From: Thermoanaerobaculia bacterium
GTDB lineage: Bacteria > Acidobacteriota > Thermoanaerobaculia > Multivoradales > Multivoraceae
Reading direction: 5' to 3'
Length of the DNA stretch: 52,388 bases
NCBI GenBank assembly: GCA_035544635.1
Contig: DATKDQ010000222.1
Location: forward strand, 1-52,388
Positions 19,980 through 27,312 of this stretch are shown piece by piece. Numbering within the stretch: position 1 is the stretch's first letter; each line of letters begins with the position of its first letter. Under the pieces are notes generated by a model. The model had not been told where the DNA came from and searched no databases. It saw nothing but the letters and a program-made list of their open reading frames with translations. The position numbers and the translations under genes are program-made.

Positions 19980-20600
19980 ATGACACCGGTCAAGGATTAC
20001 CTGACACCTCGGCAGAAGGAGATTCTCGAGTTCATCCGCGACTTTCGCCGCGCGAACGGCTACTCGCCGACCCACCGCGAGATTTGCGAGCGCTTCGGCT
20101 TCACCTCCTACGGCACGGTGCACAAGCACCTCAAGCTGCTCGAGAGGAAGGGCTTTCTGAGGCGGGACTGGAACCAGAAGCGTGGCGTCGAGCTGGTCGA
20201 TGCCAAAGCCGGAGCCGGGAGCCTGGAGGTCAGCTTCCTCGGCCGTATCGCCGCCGGCGAGCCGATCGAGGCGATTCGGGACGAGGAGACGCTGGCGGTG
20301 CCTCCCCAGCTCCTCCGCGGTCCGGAGGGCCAGCACTTCGTGCTTCGGGTGGTGGGCGAGTCGATGATCGAGGAGGGTATCCACGACGGCGACCTGGTCG
20401 TGATCCAGCGACGCGACACCGCCGCGACCGGCGACATGGTGGTCGCGCTGATCGACGACGAGGCGACCCTGAAGCGGTTCTACCCGGAGGGCGAGCGGGT
20501 GCGGCTTCAGCCCGCGAACCGGGCGATGCCCGCCCTGCTCCTTCCCGCCGACAAGGTCCGCGTCCAGGGCGTCGCGGTCGGGTTGATGCGGCGCTTCTGA
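19980..20600 (+). CDS. lexA: LexA repressor
   Basis: ATG 19980 gives MTPVKDYLTPRQKEILEFIRDF. The protein has a winged-helix domain, the cleavage-site context GRIAAGEP, catalytic Ser in GESM, and Lys in ATLKRF. Confidence 0.93.
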   Translation: MTPVKDYLTPRQKEILEFIRDFRRANGYSPTHREICERFGFTSYGTVHKHLKLLERKGFLRRDWNQKRGVELVDAKAGAGSLEVSFLGRIAAGEPIEAIRDEETLAVPPQLLRGPEGQHFVLRVVGESMIEEGIHDGDLVVIQRRDTAATGDMVVALIDDEATLKRFYPEGERVRLQPANRAMPALLLPADKVRVQGVAVGLMRRF

Positions 20601-20713
20601 GGCCGCGGCCCTTCAGGGTGGCCGTATCTTCGCGGTATTGCTATCATTGTATCCTTCCTCTCAAACGCCGGACGATCGCCCCGGCTGGGGCGCCGAGCCG
20701 GCACGGGGGTCGC

Positions 20714-22147
20714 ATGACGACCGCATCGACCGAACAAGCCCCGCGCCGGGACATCGACAGCCTGCTCCGGCACATGACCGAGATGGGGGCGTCGGATCTC
20801 CACCTGCGCTCGGCGCGTCGCCCCCTGGTGCGGGTGCACGGGCGGTTGCAGTCCCTCGAGGGTGATCCGCTTCGGGCAGCCGAGATCGGGAGCATGATGG
20901 ACGCCATCATGCAGCCGCACCACAAGGCCAAGTTCGAGAAGAACCTATCGGTGGATCTCGGCTACGGCATCCCGGGCCTGGGCCGCTATCGCTGCAACGT
21001 GTTCCTGCAGCGCGGCACGCTGGCGGCGGCGTTCCGCATGATCCCGGACCAGATCAAGTCGGTGGAGGAGCTCGAGCTCCCCGAATCGCTCCTCGACTTC
21101 TGTCATCTGCCGATGGGACTCGTCCTCGTCACCGGCCCCACCGGCAGCGGCAAGTCGACCACGCTCTCGACGCTGGTCCAGTACATCGCCGATCAGTACC
21201 CCGTGCACATCGTCACCATCGAGGATCCGATCGAGTTCCTGCTCCACGACTCGATCGGCACGATCTCCCAGCGCGAGGTCGGCACCGACACGCCCGGCTT
21301 CTACGAGGCGCTCAGGAACTCCCTGCGGCAGGACCCCGACGTGATCATGGTGGGTGAGATGCGCGACCCGGAGACGGTCTCCACGGTCATCACCGCCGCC
21401 GAGACCGGCCATCTCGTCTTCTCGACGCTCCACACCAACGACACCGGGCAGACGATCGACCGCATCCTCGACAACTTCCCCCCCGGTCAGCAGAGCCAGG
21501 TCCGATTCCAACTCTCGCAGGTCCTGCGCGCCGTGATATCGATGCAGCTGGTGCGGCGCCGCGACGGCTCGGGCCGAATTGCCGCGCTCGAGATCCTGCG
21601 CACCTCTCCCGATATCGAGAAGCTGATCGCCACCGGGCGCACCTCCGAGCTCCTCGAGCGCATCGAGTCGTCGGTCGGCCACTACCACATGCAATCGATG
21701 AACCAGTCGCTCATCGCGCTGGTGGTGAGCGGAACCATCGGCTTTCAGGAGGCGATGCGCTGCTCGACCGACCCCGACGACCTCGACCTCAAGATGCGTC
21801 GCTTCTTCCCCAAGATTCTCGAGCAGGAGAAAGACATGAGCAGCAGCGCCGACTATTCCCAGATCTTCGAGCTTCTGCAGTACCGCAAGCTCTACGAGGA
21901 GCAGGAGGAGAAGGTCAAGATCCAGCTCGGCGAGAAGGACGAGCTGATCGGGGACCTACGGCAGCGCCTGACACGCCAAGGGGAGGACGTCGAGCGGCTG
22001 CGCAAGGCACTGAGCGACACCGACGAGCGCATCGCCAAGCTCGAGGCCGAGAAGGATCGGATCGCGGCCGAGTCGAAGCAGCGGGTCGACAAGCTTCAGG
22101 ATCGAGTGCGCGAGCTCAATCAGCAGCTCACCGGGGCGCCCAGGTAG
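20714..22147 (+). CDS. pilT: PilT/PilU-family type IV pilus retraction ATPase with a C-terminal coiled-coil extension
   Basis: ATG 20714. Walker A is GPTGSGKST, Walker B is DVIMVGEMRD, and the His box is GHLVFSTLHTN. A heptad-rich tail of about 110 aa follows, from roughly 21810 to 22147. Confidence 0.85.
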   Translation: MTTASTEQAPRRDIDSLLRHMTEMGASDLHLRSARRPLVRVHGRLQSLEGDPLRAAEIGSMMDAIMQPHHKAKFEKNLSVDLGYGIPGLGRYRCNVFLQRGTLAAAFRMIPDQIKSVEELELPESLLDFCHLPMGLVLVTGPTGSGKSTTLSTLVQYIADQYPVHIVTIEDPIEFLLHDSIGTISQREVGTDTPGFYEALRNSLRQDPDVIMVGEMRDPETVSTVITAAETGHLVFSTLHTNDTGQTIDRILDNFPPGQQSQVRFQLSQVLRAVISMQLVRRRDGSGRIAALEILRTSPDIEKLIATGRTSELLERIESSVGHYHMQSMNQSLIALVVSGTIGFQEAMRCSTDPDDLDLKMRRFFPKILEQEKDMSSSADYSQIFELLQYRKLYEEQEEKVKIQLGEKDELIGDLRQRLTRQGEDVERLRKALSDTDERIAKLEAEKDRIAAESKQRVDKLQDRVRELNQQLTGAPR

Positions 22148-22289
22148 CCCCGCAGAGTAGCGAAGCTCTCCGCGGAGCTCTCTCCTAGGATCCCCAGCCG
22201 TCGGCGCGCCGAAGACTCACCAGCACCGCCGGCGGAGAACACCGGGCCACCCGAGGGCGCCGCGAGACCACCATCGGGTCGAGGCCGGT

Positions 22290-22318
22290 TTGCCCAGGCG
22301 CCATGTCGGGAGTATCAT
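22290..22318 (+). promoter_or_regulatory. Candidate sigma-70 promoter of gatCA
   Basis: TTGCCC, a 17-nt spacer, then TATCAT. The ATG at 22331 is 12 nt after the -10 element and no SD is visible. Confidence 0.3.
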
Positions 22319-22330
22319 CGGCTTCCGGGC

Positions 22331-22618
22331 ATGAGTCTAACTATCGATGAAGTAAGGAGAATAGCGCTCCTCGCGCGGCTTCGCCTGTCGCCCGGGGAGG
22401 AGGCGCTGTTCGCGCCGCAACTGGGCCAGATACTCGACTTCGTCGCTCAGCTCGCGGCCTATTCGACGGCACCGCCGGTGTCCCGAGAGACACCCGCCCT
22501 CGAAGCCGCCGACCAACCTGGCTGGTCGATGCCGCGGCACGAGCTGCTGGCCAACGCGCCCGCGAAGCTCGACGCGTTCCTGCTGGTGCCGCAGGTCAAG
22601 GTCAGGGCGGATGAGTGA
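22331..22618 (+). CDS. gatC: Asp/Glu-tRNA amidotransferase subunit C
   Basis: 95 aa. IDEVRRIALLARLRLSPGEE is typical of GatC. Confidence 0.9.
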   Translation: MSLTIDEVRRIALLARLRLSPGEEALFAPQLGQILDFVAQLAAYSTAPPVSRETPALEAADQPGWSMPRHELLANAPAKLDAFLLVPQVKVRADE

Positions 22619-24116
22619 GCTCTGGATCCAGGGTGCGGAGGAGGTCGCCGCGGCCGTACGGAGCGGCGAGCTCCTGGCCGCCGAGGTGGTCGAAACCTGC
22701 CTCGAGCGCACCGCCGAGATGGAACCGCGGGTCGGTGCCTATCTACGAACGTTCGACGACGCCGCCCGCCGTCAGGCCGAGGAGATCGACCGGCGGCGCG
22801 CCGCCGGCGAGCGGCTCGGCCCGCTCGCTGGCGTGCCGGTGGCGCTCAAGGACAACCTGAGTCTCTCGGGCGATGCCTGCACCTGCGCCTCGCGCATCCT
22901 CGAGGGCTACCGCTCGCCCTACACCGCGACCGCGGTCGAACGGATGATCGCCGCCGACGCGATTGTCGTCGGCAAGACCAACCTCGACGAGTTCGCGATG
23001 GGATCGTCGTGCGAGAACTCGGCGTTTCAGTCGACGCGCAACCCTTGGCGGCTCGACGCGGTGCCCGGTGGCTCGAGCGGCGGGTCGGCCGCGGCCGTCG
23101 CTGCCGGGAGCGTTCCCCTCGCTCTGGGCTCGGATACCGGCGGGTCGATCCGCCAGCCCGCCGCGTTCTGCGGCCTGGTGGGCGTCAAGCCCACCTACGG
23201 CCGGGTGTCGCGCTACGGCCTGGTCGCGTTCGCCTCCTCCCTCGATCAGATCGGGCCGCTGGCTCGCTCGACCCGCGACGCCGCGCTCGGTCTCCAGGTG
23301 ATCGCCGGGCCCGATCCGGCCGACGCCACCTGCGCGCGGCGTCGGGTGGAGGACTATCTGGCGACCATCGAAGGATCGGTCGCCGGGATGCGGGCCGGCG
23401 TGATCGCGGAGGTCGACACCACGTCGCTCGCTCCCGTCGTGCGCGCGAACTGGGAACGCTCGCTCGGCCGGCTGCGCGGGCTCGGCGTCGAGATCCTCGA
23501 GGTGTCGCTGCCCAACCTGCCGGCCACGATCGCGGTCTACTACGTGATCGCGAACAGCGAGGCGAGCGCCAACCTGGCGCGTTACGACGGCGTCCGCTAC
23601 GGGCGGCGCGCCAAGGCCGCGGGATCGCTCCTCGACCTCTACTTCGACACCCGCGAGGAGGGCTTTGGTCCGGAGGTGAAGCGGCGGATCCTGCTCGGCA
23701 CGTTTGCCCTCTCCTCGGGCTACTACGACGCCTACTACGGGCGCGCGTGCGGGGTACGCCGCGAGCTCGAGGGGCAGTTCGCCGCCGCGTTCTCCGAAGT
23801 CGACCTCATCGTCATGCCGACGAGCCCCACCGCGGCGTTCTCGATCGGCGAGAAGATCGACGATCCGCTTGCGATGTACCTGTCGGACATCTACACGGCG
23901 CCGGTCAACCTGGCCGGCCTTCCCGCGGTGGCGCTTCCGTCGGGGCTCGACGACAGCGGCCTGCCGCTCTCGGTCCAGCTCGTGGGCCGTCCCTTCGCCG
24001 AAGCCGATCTGCTGCGCGTCGCACGCGCTCTCGAGCGCGTCACGGCAGCGCCCCAGCTCCCGGAGCTGCGCGACCGCGCGCCCGGGTCCGGCGCCACGCC
24101 GGCAGGTGCAGAATGA
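22611..24116 (+). CDS. gatA: Asp/Glu-tRNA amidotransferase subunit A
   Basis: 501 aa. Amidase signature [14 protein letters not shown]...[12 protein letters not shown]. Overlaps gatC by 8 nt. Confidence 0.94.
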   Translation: MSELWIQGAEEVAAAVRSGELLAAEVVETCLERTAEMEPRVGAYLRTFDDAARRQAEEIDRRRAAGERLGPLAGVPVALKDNLSLSGDACTCASRILEGYRSPYTATAVERMIAADAIVVGKTNLDEFAMGSSCENSAFQSTRNPWRLDAVPGGSSGGSAAAVAAGSVPLALGSDTGGSIRQPAAFCGLVGVKPTYGRVSRYGLVAFASSLDQIGPLARSTRDAALGLQVIAGPDPADATCARRRVEDYLATIEGSVAGMRAGVIAEVDTTSLAPVVRANWERSLGRLRGLGVEILEVSLPNLPATIAVYYVIANSEASANLARYDGVRYGRRAKAAGSLLDLYFDTREEGFGPEVKRRILLGTFALSSGYYDAYYGRACGVRRELEGQFAAAFSEVDLIVMPTSPTAAFSIGEKIDDPLAMYLSDIYTAPVNLAGLPAVALPSGLDDSGLPLSVQLVGRPFAEADLLRVARALERVTAAPQLPELRDRAPGSGATPAGAE

Positions 24117-25906
24117 CGGCGCTCGCACGCGCGCGGTCGAGTCGCAGCCGTCCTCGGGCGTGGCGGTGCGCACGCGCGGGGCCGCTGCTCCTGCTGCTCG
24201 CGGTGGCGCTCGCGCCGGCGATGGCGCGCGCCGAGCTGGCGCGCGTGCGGCTCGGAGCGGCGAGCGGCTCGGACCTCGTCGCCGTCGAAGGCGACGATCG
24301 CCGCATCCACGTCGAGGCGCTGCCCCGGCCGGGCGAGGGGCTGAACGGTCTGGTGGTGCGGCTCTGCGGTGCCGGCGGCGCGCGCGCGCGCGCCGAGGTG
24401 TCCGCCGCGAACGGTGGAGTGGAGCGGCTCGAACGCGGCGTGCGGTACCGGATCCCGTTCTCGTGCCTTCGGCCCGAGCTCCAGATCCAGACCCTCCAGG
24501 CGCTCTTCCCCGACGACGTCCTCGCCGCCGACGGCTGGCGCCACCGTGTCGTCTCCCGTCGCGGAGCGCCGCCGCCGGACCTGTGGAGCGTCGCGGAGCT
24601 CTTCACCGGGAGCGGCGAGGAGTTCCGCCAGCTCCGCGGCGCGAACCGACTCCGTGACGAGAGGCTCGAGCCCGGGCAGGAGGTGCTCGTCCCCCGCTCG
24701 CTCCTGAGGCCGTCGCTCGAGGCGGCCCTGCCGCGTTCCGACCCGGCCGTCTCGGCGCTGATCTACGAGCGCGACCAACGGGGTGAGTACGCCGTCTACC
24801 GTCTGGATCGCGGCGAGGCGCTCTACTCGAGCGTGGTCGCGCGCTTCACCGGCCGCATCTTCGCCGAGGACGTCAACCAGCTCGCGACCGAGATCGCCGC
24901 GCGCAGCGGGATCGCCGACGTGACCGACATCCCGATCGGGTATCCGGTGAGGATCCCGCTCGAGCTCCTCGCCCCCGAGCATCTTCCGATCGGGCACCCG
25001 CGACGCCAGGAGTACGAGCGCGACCTGGCCGAGAGCTCCGGATACGCCAACCTGGTGCGCTCGCGAAACCTCGAGGGCGTCACCGTCATCCTCGACGCCG
25101 GCCACGGGGGCCGGGACGTGGGCGCGTCGATCGACGGGGTGTGGGAGAGCGTGTACGCCTACGACATCGTGCTGCGGATTCGCCGCCTGCTCGGTCAGAC
25201 CGCCGCCGAGACGGTGATGACGACGCGCGACGGGGGCGAGTGGAAGGTGGCGGAGCGAGACGTCCTGGCCTCCTCGCGCGGACACGCCGTCCTGACCACG
25301 CCGCCCTACGCGATCGACGACTCGCGGGTCTCGAGCAACCTGCGCTGGTACCTGGCGAACAGCGTCTACGGGCGCGCGGTCTCGAACGGCGGCGAGGCCG
25401 ACAAGGTGGTGTTCCTGTCGGTCCATGCCGACTCGCTTCACCCGTCGGTGCGCGGCGCGATGGTGTACGTGCCGGGACTGCTCGGGAATCCGAGCCACTA
25501 TGGCAAGACCGGGGCGGTGTACGCGTCGCGCCGCGAGGTCCAGGAGCGGCCGCGCGTGGACTTCGCGCACGCCGATCGCGCGCGCAGCGAGGGCCTGTCG
25601 CGAGATCTCGCCAAGCACATGATCGCGTCGATGCGCCGGCATGGGATCGCGATTCACCCCAACAAGCCGATCCGCGACCGCGTGATCCGCGGCAAGCACG
25701 CCTGGGTCCCCGCGGTGCTGCGCTTCAATGCCGTCCCGGCCAAGATCCTGATCGAAGCGTGCAACCTGGCGAACGGCTCCGATCGGCGATTGATCCAGAC
25801 CCGGGCATTCCGGGAGGAGGTGGCGCGCGCGGTGGTCGAGGGGCTGCTGGCCTACTACGGCGTCGAGCCCGGCGACCGGCAGGACGGGCAGGTGGCCGGC
25901 CGGTGA
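24113..25906 (+). CDS. N-acetylmuramoyl-L-alanine amidase (Amidase_3) with signal peptide and LysM-like N-terminal repeats
   Basis: ATG 24113 overlaps the gatA stop (ATGA). There is a signal-like LLLLLAVALAPAMARA. The amidase core is VILDAGHGGRDVGA...FLSVHADS...EACNLAN. Confidence 0.82.
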   Translation: MTALARARSSRSRPRAWRCARAGPLLLLLAVALAPAMARAELARVRLGAASGSDLVAVEGDDRRIHVEALPRPGEGLNGLVVRLCGAGGARARAEVSAANGGVERLERGVRYRIPFSCLRPELQIQTLQALFPDDVLAADGWRHRVVSRRGAPPPDLWSVAELFTGSGEEFRQLRGANRLRDERLEPGQEVLVPRSLLRPSLEAALPRSDPAVSALIYERDQRGEYAVYRLDRGEALYSSVVARFTGRIFAEDVNQLATEIAARSGIADVTDIPIGYPVRIPLELLAPEHLPIGHPRRQEYERDLAESSGYANLVRSRNLEGVTVILDAGHGGRDVGASIDGVWESVYAYDIVLRIRRLLGQTAAETVMTTRDGGEWKVAERDVLASSRGHAVLTTPPYAIDDSRVSSNLRWYLANSVYGRAVSNGGEADKVVFLSVHADSLHPSVRGAMVYVPGLLGNPSHYGKTGAVYASRREVQERPRVDFAHADRARSEGLSRDLAKHMIASMRRHGIAIHPNKPIRDRVIRGKHAWVPAVLRFNAVPAKILIEACNLANGSDRRLIQTRAFREEVARAVVEGLLAYYGVEPGDRQDGQVAGR

Positions 25907-26000
25907 CAGGATGCCCGGCAGGTGACCGGTCCATTCGCGCCACCCGTTCGCGCGCGGAGGGAGCAAAGTGAGACGGTGACGTGTCTAAACTGGTAGAGAC

Positions 26001-26582
26001 ATGGCCGCGTCGAACGTCCTCACGCCGGGGCTGCCCACCGCGCCGGATTTCGATCTCGCCGACCGGCACCGCTACGGCGACGAATCCGCGTTCACCGAGC
26101 TCTACGACCGGTTCTCACCGATGGTCTACAACCTCTGCCTGCGTCTCTCGGGCGACCCCACCAGGGCGCAGGACCTCAGCCAAGAGGTGTTCCTGCGCGT
26201 CTTCAAGGGGCTGCCGAAGTACCGTGGCGGCTCCAGCCTGAAGACCTGGATCTATCGCATCGCGCTCAACCACTGCCGCGGTCGGCTCGGTCGCCGCACC
26301 CTCCCGACCGAAGAGTTCTCGGCCGAGCACTGGGACCGCGGCCCTGCCGACCCTACGCGCGGGCCGGAGGAGTCGCTGCTCGCGCGCGACCGGGGGCGCC
26401 GCATCGACGCCGCGTTGCTCGCGCTTCCGGTCCGGTTCCGCGAAGCTGTCGTTCTGCGCGACGTCGACGGGCTGTCCTACCAGGAGATCGCCACCGTGCT
26501 CGGGGTACGAGCCGGTACGGTGCGGTCGAGGATTGCCCGCGGTCGCGATCGTCTCCGCACACTGCTAGAGGCCGAAGAATGA
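26001..26582 (+). CDS. ECF-type RNA polymerase sigma factor
   Basis: 193 aa. Region 2 is AFTELYDRFSPMVYNLCLRL...DLSQEVFLRVF. Region 4 is LSYQEIATVLGVRAGTVRSRIARGR. Confidence 0.9.
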   Translation: MAASNVLTPGLPTAPDFDLADRHRYGDESAFTELYDRFSPMVYNLCLRLSGDPTRAQDLSQEVFLRVFKGLPKYRGGSSLKTWIYRIALNHCRGRLGRRTLPTEEFSAEHWDRGPADPTRGPEESLLARDRGRRIDAALLALPVRFREAVVLRDVDGLSYQEIATVLGVRAGTVRSRIARGRDRLRTLLEAEE

Positions 26583-27295
26583 GCACTCATCTCGCCACCG
26601 ATAGCCTGTCGGCCTATCTCGACGACGAGCTCCAGGAGCGCGACCTGCGGCTGGTCGAGGCTCACGTGAGCGAGTGCCCGGACTGCCAGCGCCGGCTCAA
26701 GGGCTTGCGGCGAGTGGTCGATGACCTACAGCGCCTGCCCGCCGCGATCCCGCCCCCCATCCTCGGTCGCCACGTCGAGCGCGAGGTGTCGGAGCGCTGG
26801 CGCGCTCGCCGCGAGGAGGCGCGGCGCGGCCGCGATCGGGGCGGATTCGAGCTGGTCCAGGGACCGATCCGCCTCGGGTTCGCGATGGTCGCCTGCCTGG
26901 CCATGATCGTGGTGCTCTACGCCCACTGGGTGGCTCGCGAGGGCGCGACTCCGACCCAGCTGGTGGTGCCGCCCGCGGCCGCCGTGGAGCCCTCGGCGGA
27001 GCGCGTCGAGGCGGGTGGCCGTGTCTTCGTCCCGGCGCAGGGTGCCTGGTGGCAGGCGGACCTGCTCGGCGCGAGCGAGGTGACCGTCGACGACGCCGCC
27101 ACGATCCCGGCGGATGCCGCACTCGAGCGCGCGCCCTGGCTTGCCGATCTGCTCGCGCGCGGCCCCGTGGTCCTGGTGCTCGACGGTATGGTGGCGGTCG
27201 TCCGGCCCGCCCAGGACCCGTTGCCCCCGGCCGCGCCCGCCCCGTCCGATTCTCCGGCCCTGCCTTCGGAGCCACCGGAGGTGCCCCGGGGCTGA
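26579..27295 (+). CDS. Anti-sigma factor (zf-HC2, single-pass membrane)
   Basis: Overlaps the sigma gene by 4 nt. The H-x3-C-x2-C motif is HVSECPDC. There is one TM helix, IRLGFAMVACLAMIVVLYAHWV. Confidence 0.82.
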   Translation: MSTHLATDSLSAYLDDELQERDLRLVEAHVSECPDCQRRLKGLRRVVDDLQRLPAAIPPPILGRHVEREVSERWRARREEARRGRDRGGFELVQGPIRLGFAMVACLAMIVVLYAHWVAREGATPTQLVVPPAAAVEPSAERVEAGGRVFVPAQGAWWQADLLGASEVTVDDAATIPADAALERAPWLADLLARGPVVLVLDGMVAVVRPAQDPLPPAAPAPSDSPALPSEPPEVPRG

Positions 27296-27312
27296 AGCCG
27301 CGGCCCCGTCCG

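Noticed and set aside
19733-20713. N-terminal 327 aa of the 804-aa ORF that ends as the PilT-like gene.
   Set aside because: - This part overlaps lexA in another frame and is Arg/Gly/Pro-rich.
- PilT homology begins at ATG 20714.
22148-22289. Possible terminator or structured RNA after the PilT-like gene. CTCCGCGGAG is a 10-mer palindrome and TCGGCGCGCCGA is a 12-mer palindrome.
   Set aside because: These are loop-less palindromes without U tracts. Such sequences are common in GC-rich DNA, and no alternative structures or conservation can be assessed here.
23891-25966. A 691-aa minus-strand ORF antisense to the amidase gene.
   Set aside because: The plus-strand frame carries clear Amidase_3 motifs and a signal peptide. 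The antisense product is low complexity.
25940-26000. An ECF-type autoregulated promoter (GGAAC-N16-CGTC) upstream of the ECF sigma gene.
   Set aside because: No AAC-containing -35 element sits at the right spacing from CGTGTC/TAAACT. Only a weak sigma-70-like -10 (TAAACT) was seen.
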